Source: Squalus acanthias
Taxonomy: Eukaryota
Assembly: GCA_030390025.1 (NCBI GenBank)
Contig: CM059432.1
Span: 150,538,001 to 150,602,000 of the forward strand
Reading direction: 5' to 3'
DNA: 64,000 nucleotides
Shown: positions 38,772 to 50,516 of the stretch, piece by piece
How positions within the stretch are numbered: position 1 is the stretch's first letter
Layout of the letters: every line of letters begins with the position of its first letter
Translations under genes and position numbers: made by a program
The notes under the pieces: model-generated
Database searches by the model: none
The model's input: the letters and a program-made list of their open reading frames with translations, nothing else
What the model was told of the DNA's origin: nothing

Positions 38772-38969
38772 CATGAGGAGTAATGTGATCTGCTTAAGGC
38801 ACAACTATTGAAGGAGAAACTATGTGTAGAAAACTCTGCATTGTCGAATTGTGTTCTTGTTACGATACGTTTTATTTTTCAGTAAGCCCATCCACAGGCC
38901 GTCATTGAGCATCGCCTTCAGGAAGCCCATCCACAGGGATTCCTAAGCTACCAGCTCACATGAATTATT

Positions 38970-39240
38970 GGCCCAGAATTTGCGGTCAGCAGCGAAGCAA
39001 AGGCGTTCGCTGCTGGCCCCGAAGTATGCTCCACACAAGGATCTCGCAATCCATCTCGCAATCCGTGTGTCGAGAACGTCGGTTTCTCCGATCTACAATT
39101 CAATTCAACGGAATTTAATGGGGATCCCCCAGTGCGAGCTGCTGTGACGTCAACAGGCTGTCTAAGCAGCCAATCAAAAGGCAGAATTCTCACAAACAGC
39201 GAACAAGGAAGTGAGTAAGCCCTTAAAATTCTAACTTTTT
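38970..39240. mobile_element. Harbinger-type MITE end
   Basis: Begins GGCCCAGAATTT, like the 16.1 kb MITE TIR; second TIR not found. Confidence 0.5.
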
Positions 39241-39479
39241 AAAGCAACCTTTTAATTACCAATTACAGTTGTATTTAAATGTGTGCCCTTTAATATCTAG
39301 AAAATTCTTTTTAATGTTTCATTTTTCCAAGTAATTGGAACCAATAATTATTTTATTGTGAGAACAAAAAACTGATCTGCGTTTGATATTCTGCCAATTT
39401 GAAGAGTGTGGCATTACAATCGGAGTCCTTGGTTATTCCAGTGTGTAGATTACTGGAAAGTAGGGTAATTGCTAATCCC

Positions 39480-39835
39480 ACAGGTCATGCTCAAAGCAGG
39501 TCATCAATAAAAATACAAGATCAGTTTACAGAATTACTGTGAAAGCTGAAATTGGTCTAATTGGTGTTGCAATTGGACTGAAATAAAAATAAATGTGTAA
39601 TGCCAGAGACTGAGTCAGCACAATCTGAGCCACTGTCCTAAAGAGCACTCCAACTTATGTACACAAACTGGAGATAGAGGCAAAAAATATCAGTTGGACT
39701 TACTCAAGCATGAGGCTGACAAGAGGAGACAGCAGCTGCAGCATAAGGCAGAGCACAAGTGGATGCCGATGAAAAGGAGAAGCAATGGCAGCATGATCGC
39801 AAATTGAACAAAATGCAATAGAAATTCAAGATGCA
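39480..39835 (+). mobile_element. Possible highly decayed LTR-retrotransposon gag N-terminal remnant
   Basis: Charged coiled-coil-like translation (EKEKQWQHDRKL); many stops. Confidence 0.3.
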
Positions 39836-40210
39836 TAGAAAGTTGTGGTTAGAGGGAGAAAATGTGAAGTATTTCAAGGATTTAAGTGAATTACTGTTAA
39901 GAAGTCATTTTCTAAAATCTGTGTCAAGGTCTTGAGTACTTTTGTTGGTCCAAACCTTTAAGCATTTGGGCATGGAGTTTCCACTAGGGGCGCAAAATGC
40001 GCCCAGAATGCGCTAGACACTGCGCTGGGTTTTCTGAGGTGAAGTTACGCTCAAGTTTCCACGCAAACACATTAGCATAAACCCAAACATAAAATCTCCC
40101 ATGAATCAGTGCAATCAAGGAGTGTAATTGATTGTAATTGAATGGTGACTAGAACAGGGCATACCCGAGCACCACACAGGAGTGGGAATGCCAGGAAATG
40201 AGCCATTAAT

Positions 40211-40512
40211 TGTTATCTCCCAAGACACATTGCTCGAGGGGGAAGATAAATGATGTGCATCCAAATGCAATTGTTACTTTTGTTTTCTTTTGTAAAATCA
40301 CAAGCCTGGACATAATTTGTTTGCAAATTAAAACTGATTAAATAAATTGATGAGAGTTATTGTTCAAGCACTCGGGAAGGGAAATTTACCTGAAATTAAG
40401 GGGATAATCAAATTTTGTTTTTGAAAGGTCCAGTCTACATGGTTCCGTCCAAACTGTGTGTTAAAACATTTTTTTTCGGGGGAGGAGACTTTTGTGTTAA
40501 AGGTAACTAACA
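40211..40512 (-). repeat. Candidate LTR (TGTTA...TAACA, 302 bp) with a PPT-like tract on the minus strand
   Basis: 5-bp inverted termini; the minus strand reads atggggga|TGTTAG at 40520-40507. Confidence 0.45.
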
Positions 40513-40569
40513 TCCCCCATCTGCAGAATTAATTCCTCTCTGGCATATTTTGAGTAATAAAGACGTCCA

Positions 40570-43157
40570 GGATTTGGTGGCAAATTGCCTGACTAATACG
40601 ACGTCTTCGTATAAGGAAGCAGTCGAGTACGTCCAGAGACGAGTGGACGACAAAAAAAGTAGATAAAAAAAAGATAGACTTTTGATAGACTGAAGAAAGA
40701 TTTAGAAGACGCCAGAGGCGCTTTGAGAAGCAGCAATTAAACAATCACAGAGATACAGACCATTTTCGGTGTAAATTGAAGATTTATGAATTAGAGGGAA
40801 AATTGGGGAAACAAAAAGCCCTAGTCTCGGCGATCAGTCTTGGGATGGATCCGGATCAATATGGAGAAGAAACAATCAGGTAACATTCCGAGAGGATTAG
40901 AGCAGCAACTGAGTAAATGAGTGGTTCTAATGACTGCAGTGGCTACAAGAGCGGCACTTGCTGGTATATTCCAGGCAGCTGCTTCGACACCTCCACCTGA
41001 GGGCCCGTCAAATCAGAATAATGCATGACCGACTTCAGGCCCCCATCAAAAGTCGGACGTGGGGTTCCGACGCGATGGTCATGGCAGACCAGTGATCTGT
41101 GTCGTTTTAGCGACAGATGATGTTAATAGATACCAGATCCGCCGTAATCATTGTACATACCCCACTCCCTGAACGCCATAGCGTGGCCGGAGGGGAACAC
41201 TTTTTGCTTAAAGGCTTTGATGGTTCTCTAACTACGGCGGCTTTTAAAGGAGAACCCTTTAGGCTTAACCTGGATGGTTTGATTTGCATAACACCATCTA
41301 CCGTATATATGTGCACTCCAGATGAGAGAGAGATTTTGGGGATGGATACGTTGGGGAGATACGATGCTGTGATTGACTATGTGAATAATTGTTTGTGGTT
41401 CGGGAGCGAGAATGACGACGGGCGAGGTGCAGTAGAAATATCAGCTGTACACTCAGTCGTTGCCATTAAAAAGCAAGTTACAGGATACGAGTTGCCCGAA
41501 CACTCTAACCAGTAGATTGCTAATCTTATTCGTCGGTATAGCGCAGTCTTTGCTAAGAGTAAACATGATTGTGGGCGCTTAGAGGGTGAGGAGTCCATTA
41601 ATGGACCCCCGCATCCGTTTGTCAAACAGTATCCTATACCGAAAGAGAGTTATCCCTACCTCAGAGGCACCATTGAAATCATTGACACAGCAAGGTGTTA
41701 TTCGAGCTGGAACTTTTACAACAAACTCCCCTGCTTGGCCTGTACGAAAGCCTGATGATAGTTGGAGGCGAACAATCGATTATCGGAAATTAAATTCTGT
41801 TACACCGGCATGTTCGCCAGTTGTCCGGGAGGCACCAACCCTATTGTCTCAGATACCCACAGGTTCCAAGTACTTTTCAACCCTGGACATTGCAAATGGG
41901 TTTTGGAGCATTCCAGCCAGAAAGGAAGACCAATATAAGTTCGCCTTTACCTTCGAAGATAAAGAGTAATACATGGACTTGTCTACCACAAGGGTTCCAC
42001 AATGCCCCGACCATTTTTCACAAAAGAATGGCCAACGTTTTGAAAGGTTTTTCGAAGCCCGATTGTCTACTACAATATGTTGATGACCTATTGCTCGCCA
42101 CCTCAACGGAGGAAGAACACGTGCAGTTGCTGAGTGAGTTACTACAAATATTGACTCAGGCCGGGTTAAAAATCAACTCAAAAAAAGCACAGTTGTTAAA
42201 GCAACAAGTAACTTTCTTGGGAGTATCAGTTTCAGCGTCAGGACAAGCTCCAGATCAACACAAGGTTGAAGTCATCCAGAGATTGCCATTACCTGCTTCT
42301 AAGATAGCACTTCGTTCCTTTCTGGGCCTTGTAGGATATCAGAGGAGTTTCATTCCAGGATTTGCCGAACTTGCAAAACCCCTCTATGAACCGTTGAAAG
42401 GAAAGGATGATGAAATCCAAAGTTAGTGGACAGAACTTCATACTAAGGCAGTCGGAAAGATAAAAGAAGCCGTTATACAGGCCAACTGCCTTATTACACC
42501 TGATGCACAGAAACCGTTTCATCTGTAAGTAGGAGCATCCGATCAGAGTTTGACAGCAGTCTTGTGCCAAGAAGACCGAGGTAAACTCTTACCCATTGCC
42601 TTCGCCTCCAGAATATTAACAGGAGTCGAAAAATCCTACAGCGCATACGAACGTCACCTATTGGCTACGTTCTGGGCAGTTCAACACTTCACTTACATCA
42701 CAGGCCTCCAGACACTGGTATTGCACTCGCCCCATACGCCTCTCAATCTGCTCATGAAACCAGGAGACACCTTTGTCTCCTCCCAACGCATCGGCAGATG
42801 GACGTTGACACTCCTCCAAAGAAACATTGACATCACTCCTAGACAAACAACGTTACTGCCACAACTACTGCAATATCAAGGCAATCCGCATGAGTGCCCA
42901 ATTCTATCCTTTTAAGACAATCCAGTGAGTAAGACTCCACTTCAAGAAGGCCTAGACGTTTATGTCGATGGTTCGTCATATCATGTAGAAGGCAAACCTT
43001 ACACGGGATTTGCGGTTATCCTGCCAGACCGAGTCATTCAGTACAAGTGTACGCCACATTCTGCTCAGTATGCCAAAGTTGCAGCCTTATTGACGGCTGT
43101 AAATGAAACGTCTGAACAAGCAGTTAATATATGATCTGATAGTGCATATGCTATTAA
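40570..43157 (+). mobile_element. Decayed endogenous retrovirus-like gag-pro-pol (lokiretrovirus/spuma-like); integrase and env absent
   Basis: Protease LIDTRS..EILGMD; RT NSPAWPVRKPD, STLDIANGFWSIP, KFAFTF, WTCLPQGFHNAPTIF, QYVDDLLL; degenerate RNase H/tether; second RNase H VYVDGSS..HSAQYAKVAA..I*SDSAYA; several stops and frameshifts. Confidence 0.85.
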
Positions 43158-43799
43158 CACCACACAGGAGTGGGAATGCCAGGAGATGAGACATTCTTCA
43201 ACTGACTGATTTAATGCTCTTACTTTTGAATGTTAAAGCTTCCCTTTAATAACTCACCTAAACGACAGTCTTAAGTCACCGCTTATTGAACCAGTGTGAC
43301 ACTTCCACCCACCGCACTGTTCTTTACAGCTCCTGTAAGTGAGACCAGCAATTTAGCATGGATTGTTAGTGGACTCGCAACCAGTAAAAAGCGAACACTG
43401 GAACCAATCCTGTCTTAGAATATTTTCATGTGAATACAAAGAATGTGTGTAGGGAGGGGGATCTCCTGGCACATCAATTAGTTTGCCTGTGTAACATGGC
43501 AGTAGAAGGCCTGCTAGTGAGTTCATTACGCGAACAGAAATAATCTATTAAAGAGTTTAGCGATTCACACTAATTTCCATGTCAATTATCTTTAAATAAC
43601 TTAAATGATAAAGCCATTATACTCTAACATATGAATTGTGCAAAGCAAACTTAGCTATGCAGATTAAGTCACTCAGAAAATATGTTCATCTATAAAACTC
43701 AAATTCCAAAAATCCCTTGGGACTCAGGATCCAGAAGCAAAAGTACAACATAAAAACTTAACAATGCTGAGGCTTAATTAACATTACTGTACGGGCTAC

Positions 43800-44130
43800 T
43801 CTCCCCGGTGAGTCCATCCAGTGAGTGGCTGAGCCATGAAGAGCTGGAAGATCCCAAGTTTGATCCCCTGCCTGTGCTGGGTCAGTCAATCTAAGTCAGG
43901 GCAGCTTTAGGGGCCCGAGAACATAGAAATGGGCTATAATTGACTCAGCTCCCAGAGTTTGGGCAAAGAATAAAACAGCGATGCTATCCAACAATCCTTT
44001 TTGGAGGGGCAGGTGTGTACGTGCGGGGATCTGCTATGATGGTCCCTGTGGTTGAAAATCTGCCAACATTCACTGTCAAGTCTCACATGTGAATAATGTC
44101 CATTTGGGCCAAATACCAAAGGGAGACAAA
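43800..44130 (+). mobile_element. Possible old tRNA-derived SINE
   Basis: Box-B-like caagtttgatcccc at about 43855; family not recognised. Confidence 0.35.
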
Positions 44131-44544
44131 TGCTTGTGGAACTGTACTGCAGAAAGGAAAGAAAGAGTGAAAACTGGTGAGAAAAAAGAAGAGACACTAA
44201 TATCTACAGTAAAGGTGCACAAAAATGACTGTCAGCTACACTTTGCTTTCTTTTAAAATAATCAGAAAGCACAGCATTGAATAGTGAGATGATAAGGTAT
44301 CTGGCACATCACAACAATGGTTCAAGGCAATCCAAACATCAGGATTTGCTACCAGCACCATAACAACCCCTTCATTAAAACACAATGCTAATACTGACGG
44401 AGGAGCTTCCAGTGTAATATACAATAGGAAGGGAATAGGGTGGGGATAAAGGTGGGGAAAAAGAAGCATCATTTCTACATTTTTAATAGGACTGAAGTCA
44501 ATGGCTTTGGTCCTCCTAATATTTAGCTATAGGAAATTTCTACT

Positions 44545-44648
44545 CATCCAGTGTCAGACAAGCAGTCTGACAATTTAGAGACAGTGGAGGGGTCGAGAGA
44601 GGTGATGGTGAGGTAGAGCTGGGTGTCGTCAGCGTACATGTGAAAACT
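44545..44648 (-). mobile_element. L2 RT fragment
   Basis: Minus strand FHMYADDTQLYLTITSLDPS. Confidence 0.8.
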
Positions 44649-45004
44649 GTTAATAAGCAGAGAAGTGGCTCTGCAGAGATGGTCCATCAGATTCTCTGAA
44701 GAGGATTTTAGATGAGGGCTGAGCCAAAGGTTCCAGAAGGTACAAGCATGATAAAAGTCTGGCCACCAAATCTATTAAAACAGGACAACAGTGGGCGCAT
44801 CTAATTTTATTGGAGCAAAGTTCTGGAGCTAAATATTTTGCCTTCATATTTTTAAGCCCATCATTGCTCAAGCAACATGTCCATTGTTGACAATATATAA
44901 TCACCAAAAATTAATTCCATTAGTCTCAACACTTTTTGGGCTGAGCAGAAAACCCTCATGATCTCTAGCAAAGGATACTAACGCTGGTAAGTATGCAAAA
45001 AAGT

Positions 45005-45345
45005 CTCGTCTCTCTCTGCTCCTCCGCTTCAGACTCTTTTCCTCTTCTTCTAATTTGGTCTCCTTCCGTCTTCATTTTTTGTTTTTTGTCACTATTTCCT
45101 TGACTTCTCTCTTGCTTTGTTTTCTTCTGCTTCTCGCTTTTTCTTGTCCTTGTTCTCTTCCATCACACTCACTCCTTTTTGTTCTGCTTCTTCACTTCTT
45201 ACTCGGTTTCGCTTTCTTCCATCACTCTCATTCTCCTTCATTTCTCGCTCTCTTTTTCTCACCCTTTCCCTCTCTTCCACTCTCCTCCTCTATTCACAAG
45301 TTTGCTCTCCTCGTTCATTTCCTGCTCTGTTTAATTCTCTGCCTC
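45005..45345. repeat. Pyrimidine-rich (CT) low-complexity tract
   Basis: Direct composition. Confidence 0.7.
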
Positions 45346-45842
45346 CATCCCTTGAAGGGTCTGTGAGAATAAGAAAGTTATTTTAATGGGCAACTTCAAT
45401 CACCCAAATATAAATTGGTTCAGCGTCATTAAGTAAATGCTTCATAACCCAATGTTCAGTAAACGGAAGTCGTGGCAGCTCTGGGCGGGGCAACAACCGC
45501 ATGATGATCAAATTCACTATGATCTAGGACAGGGGTTCTCAACCAGGCGTCTGATAATGTTTCAAGGGGTCCACCAAAACAGGTCGCCTTGTCAGAAGGA
45601 CAAAAATTACCCCCAATTAAAAAAAAATAAACGAATGAGCAAACTCCAAGCGCGAGCCTCTTTCAACTGAAATAATCTCTGTAAACCCCACCTTCCAGTG
45701 GTAGTTGACTGGCCAATTTCTGGCCCATTGAAGAGCTCCTGGGGAAGTGAACTGGCTGGAGTGCCTGTCACTCGGAGTGACAGAGGTGGGTTTCCATTAA
45801 GGTGCTCCTGGGGATTAGATTGGTGAGCCTGTCACTCAGAGT

Positions 45843-46021
45843 CACCAGATTCTCACAGAGAAAAAGTAGCGTTTAATCAGATCTCTCAGGGAACAAGAGG
45901 GGAAGATTCTAGAAACAATGGAGGAAAATCTTCGAGAAATTCAAGAGAATTTAAATTCTATTGAGGAGAAGGTTTCAAAGTTGCAGAAACAGAGCAAAAA
46001 GATGGGCTGACATTTCTGAAG
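45843..46021 (+). pseudogene. TRIM-family coiled-coil exon fragment inside the hAT element
   Basis: HQILTEKK*RLIRSLREQEGKILETMEENLREIQENLNSIEEKVSKLQKQ, frameshift, QKDGLTFLK, then donor-like gcgaga. Recognised from memory as similar to chondrichthyan TRIM (A33/NF7-like) coiled coils. Confidence 0.72.
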
Positions 46022-46204
46022 GCGAGACATTATATTGCGGGTCAGTTCGGTGAAACTTCACACAGTCACAAAATAACCAATATCACAGTCACAAAATAAA
46101 TGCAGCAGTTGCTGAATAATTTGATTGTTTTGTCTATTCCGGGGTGGTTCTGCTATTGTTACCGAACTAACCTTCTCTCACACGGTCTGCAGAATCCCTG
46201 CAGC

Positions 46205-46563
46205 CTCAACAACCCCAACGTGCATTTATATAGCGCCTTCAATATAGTAAAACATCCAAAATTTGACACCAAGCCACATAAGGAGATATTAGTACAGGTA
46301 ACCAAAGATTAATTGAACAGGTAGATTTTAAGGAGCGTTTTAAAGGAGAGAGAGAGGGTGAGAGATGGAGAGGTTTAGGGAGGGAATTCCAGAGCATTGG
46401 AACTAGCCAGCTAAAGGCACTGACGCCAATGGTGGAGCGATGAAAATCCGGAATGCGCAAGAGGCCAGAATTGGAGGAGTGCAGAGATCTCGAATGATTG
46501 TAGGGGCTGGAGGAGGTTATAGATACAGAGAGGAGCGAGGCGATGGAGCGATTTGAAAACAAG
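46205..46563 (-). mobile_element. L2 LINE 3' fragment
   Basis: SRSLHSSNSGLL..AFSWLVPMLWNSLP plus L2-type tail. Confidence 0.85.
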
Positions 46564-46624
46564 CACCAGCAACAAGTTTCACATTATTTAAGTAAAACAA
46601 AATTCATAATAAATATATATGCTT

Positions 46625-46940
46625 CACAGAATCACAGAATCCCCACAGTGCAGATAGAGGCCATTTCGGCCCATCGAGCCTGCACCGACACATATCCCAC
46701 CCTATCCCCGTAACCCCACGTATTTAATCCCCCCTAACACTAAGGGTCAATTTTTATCATAGCCAAATCAACCTAACCCGCACATCTTTGGACTGTGGGA
46801 GGAAACCGGAGCACCCGGAGGAAACCCACGCAGACACGGGGAGAATGTGCAAACTCCACACAGACAGTCACCCGAGGCCGGATTCGAACCCAGGTCCCTG
46901 GCGCTGTGAGGCAACAGTGCTAATCACTATGCCACCGTGT
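46625..46940 (-). mobile_element. V-SINE (HE1-like) with an alternative 3' tail
   Basis: Head and V-domain closely match the 20962 copy; tail differs. Confidence 0.88.
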
Positions 46941-47734
46941 TGCTTACTTGTATAACTAATTTTTATACTGAAAAAAATACTTGTGTTGTGTTGTAGGGGG
47001 TCCGTGGAGTTTTTATAACACGGGAGGAGGGCCTCAGAAGCAAAAAGGTTGAGAACCCCTGATCGAGGATTCAGAAATTCCAAAGACAAGGTGCTAGCCA
47101 CTTAACTTTAGAAGGGCTAACTTGAAAGAATTGAGGGGACAACTCACACAAATTGATTGGACAGTTCAATAGATGACAAGTGGACAGTTTAAATGGAATA
47201 ATGCTGGCCATACAGGATAAATACTCAAGGTAAAGGAGAGAATCATAAAAGATGCAAACAAGCTGGAAACAGAGGATGAGCACGAGGCAGTAAACATTCT
47301 GAATGATGACTTCCTCACAGTATTCACAAGGGAAGATACAAGCAACATGCCCTCCTCAAACAGAGATGACATAAGCTAAATTAATGACGGATAAAGAGGA
47401 GATCGTAGTCCTGCATAAAGCTCAACACTACTAAATCCCTAGCAATAGATGGTATTTAGCCAAGAATGCCATGAGAAATGAAGCAGACTATTTGTGAAGC
47501 ATTAACAATCATGAGGGAGTCACTGAACACTGGGAAGGTATCAGAGACTTGGAAACAGGTGCCCATATTAAAAAAGGGAAATAAAACCAACATAGGCAAC
47601 TACAAACCCATCAGTCTGAATTCACGCCCATGTAAAATAATAGATTTGATTATCAGGAGTAAACTTGAGGATAATCTGTACAATAATGACCTAGTAAACA
47701 GCAGTAAACATGTGTTCAGAAGGGCAATGCCGGG

Positions 47735-48036
47735 GACACTGAGATGCTGCAGAGTTTAATGGCAGGACCTTATTATCATTTTTCACTCTGTTTCCCACCC
47801 AGCAACCAGCCAGGTTGATGGGCTGGCCATCTGGGAAAGCCAGCAGTAGAAGGCTGCAATCAGGCAGTGTTGGGGATGGTATCTGACAATTGGGAAACAT
47901 CGCGGGGTTGGTGTTGATCGGGGGGTGGGGTGGGGGGGGCAAAGGTCGCGGGTTGGGGGGATATTGGACCGGCAATCAGGAGGGAGGGGGACTGGGAAAC
48001 ATCACGGGGTGGGAGTGGGGGTTTAAAACTGCCCCC
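47735..48036. mobile_element. Harbinger-type MITE end
   Basis: G-rich body ending TTAAAACTGCCCCC. Confidence 0.45.
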
Positions 48037-48082
48037 ACCCCCATAGTCTCAGTAGACTTGACATTCAACATGTCCAACATGT

Positions 48083-48973
48083 GGTTGATAATGAAGAAGA
48101 AAGCTGCAGACTGCAGGAAGATATCAATGAACTGGTCCGGTGGGCAGAACAGTGGCAAATGAAATTCAATCTGGAGAAATGTGAGGTAATGCATTTGGGG
48201 AGGGCTAACAAGGCAAGGGAATACACAATAAATGGTAGGACACTGAGAAGTGCAGAGGATCAGAGGGACCTTGGAGTGCATGTCCACAGATCCCTGAAGG
48301 TAACAGGACAGGTAGATAAGGTGGTTAAGAAGGCATATGGAATACTTGCCTTTATTAGCCGAGGCATAGAATACAAGAGCAGGGGGGTCATGCTTGAACT
48401 GTATAAAACACTAGTTAGGCCACAGCTCGAGTACTGCGTGCAGTTCTGGTCACCACATTACTTGAAAGATGTGATTGCACTAGAGAGGGTGCAGAGGAGA
48501 TTTGCAAGGATGTTGCCTAGGCTAGAGAATTTTAGCTATGAGGAAAGATTGGGTAGGCTGGGGTTTTTTTCTTTGGAACAGAGGAGGCTGAGGGGAGACC
48601 TAATTGAGGTGTAAAAAATTATGAGGGGCCTAGATAGAGTGGATAGGAAGGACCTATTTCCCTTAGCAGACGGGTCGATAACCAGGGGGCAGAGATTTCA
48701 AGTAATTGGTAGGAGGTTTAGAGGGGATTTGAGGAAAAATGTTTTCACCCAGAGGGTGGTGGGGGTCTGGAACTCACTGCCTGAAAGGGTGGTAGAGGCA
48801 GAGACCCTCATCACATTTAAAAAGTACTTGGATATGCACTTGAAGTGCCGTAACCTACAAGGATACGGACCAAGTGCTGGAAAGTGGGATTAGGCTGGAT
48901 AGCTCTTTGTCGGCCGGCATGGACAAGATGGGCCGAATGGTCTCCTTCTGTGCTGTAAATTTCTGATTCTATG
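48083..48973 (+). mobile_element. Younger CR1 LINE 3' fragment
   Basis: ORFs 48081-48614 and 48621-48893 are in one frame with a single stop; 3' UTR ends ttctgattctatga. Confidence 0.93.
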
Positions 48974-50374
48974 AGAACCTATACTGAGCAGCAATCTATG
49001 AAGCCATTGGAAGAAACTCAGAGAAGAGCCATCAAGAAAGGAGATGTTCAAGAGGTGATCTTGTAGAAGTATATAAGATATTTAATGGTACACAAAATAC
49101 AAATGCAAAAAATTACTTCAACGTAAACTTTGTGAATAGGGCAAGAGATATTACAATCTAAATGGCTTTATAGATTGCTGCTCAGTATAGGTTGGACATG
49201 TTGAATGTCAAGTCTACCAAGACTGTGGAAGGTGTTTGGGGGGGGGGGCAGTTTTTTTTTAAACCTCCCCCAACCTTGCGATATTTCCCAGTCCCCCCTC
49301 CCTCCGATTGCCGGTCCGATAATCCCCCACAACCCCGCGATTTTTGCCGGTTCCCCGCTCCTCCAGGTTCAAGCTAGTAAAGGGCAGATTTAGGACACAT
49401 ATCAGTAAATTCTTCTCCACACAAAGTGATTAGCACATAGAATGGACTTCTAGTTGAGTCGTACAGACAAAAATCTCAATCATTTGAACCAATTGGATGT
49501 TGCACTGTGGGTCTGTACGACAACTCGATGAACTAAGACAGATCAAATAGCCACCCATCTCCCTCACGTGATCTTCCCTCACCTCTCTCTCTTCCTCTCC
49601 CAGTCCCTTCCTTCACTTCTTGTTCTCTCCTTCGATTCTCCTTCATTTTTCATTCTCCTCTCAAACCCCCTCATTCCTCTTTCACATTTTGGTGCATTAT
49701 GGCAGGTGGGCAAGATAGGAAGCACTCAGTGAATAGCCAAATCAGGAAGCTCTCTGGCTAGACAGATAAATGAACAGGGAGGCCCAGGAACCACTTAATG
49801 GAGATCAGTTCGGAGGCATGGGGTAGATAAGCAAGTGGGTCTTTAAGACTTCGGGCAGGCAAGTTTGCAGGTGGGCTGGAAAGCACTTGAAGCAGACAGA
49901 TACATAAACTGATGGGCTAGAATCCATTGAGTGTATGCAGGCAAGTAAGCAGTTTTGTACCATCTGCAAATTTAGCCATGTGCTTCTGACCCCTAGCTTT
50001 AATATATTCACATATTAAACAAAAGAGGTCACAAAACAGACCCCCGAGGGACGCAACTGGTAATATTCTCCCAACCTAATGACAGTCCCTGTATCACCAC
50101 CCCGAGTCCTATTGGTCAATCAATTACATATCAATTGTAAAATATTTACACTGATTCCCACTTTCTTTATTTTCAGTACCAGCCTTTTCAGAGGAACTGT
50201 ATCAAAGGCCTTATGAAAATCCAAGTACACCACATCCACTGCCTTAACCCTACCAATCTCCTTTGTCACACCCTCAACAAAACCCAGTAAATTAGGTTGG
50301 CAAGAAATCCCCTTCATGAACCCATATTAACTATCTTTTATGATTTCATTTCTATCCAGCTGCCCCAGGATCTT

Positions 50375-50516
50375 GAAATAAAAAGATCTGACGAAGGGTC
50401 ATCGACCTGAAACATTAACTCTGTTTCTCTCTCCACAGATGCTGCCTGACCTGCTGAGTATTTCCAGCATTTTCTCTATTTATTTCAGATTTCCAGCATC
50501 CGTAGTATTTTGCTTT
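50375..50516 (+). mobile_element. Short Penelope-type insertion with 14-bp TSD
   Basis: TGCCCCAGGATCTT at 50361-50374 and 50517-50530; homologous to 32961-33063 plus 33753-33785. Confidence 0.82.
50388..50420 (+). ncRNA. Minimal hammerhead ribozyme core (degenerate copy)
   Basis: CUGACGA, stem II (GGUC-auc-GACC), GAAAC; stem III palindrome AACGUU appears mutated to AACAUU. Confidence 0.6.

Larger units (their letters stand above)
45530..47061. mobile_element. Non-autonomous hAT (Charlie-like) element
   Basis: Perfect 15-bp TIR CAGGGGTTCTCAACC / GGTTGAGAACCCCTG; 8-bp TSD ATCTAGGA (45522-45529) vs ATCGAGGA (47062-47069). Confidence 0.9.
45372..49550 (+). mobile_element. Old CR1 LINE broken up by several nested insertions
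   Basis: KVILMGNFNHPNINW (endonuclease) at about 45375; LNFRRAN at about 47101; NYKPISL at about 47598; 3' region at 49010-49160 and 49365-49550. Confidence 0.75.

Noticed and set aside
38884..38937. 15-bp direct repeat AAGCCCATCCACAGG
   Set aside because: Small local duplication with no further structure.
40576..40596. Primer-binding site TGGTGGCAAATTG
   Set aside because: Could not match it to a tRNA 3' end, and no LTR-terminal CA directly precedes it.
45055..45386. Hydrophobic or charged ORFs
   Set aside because: By-products of CT-rich low complexity.
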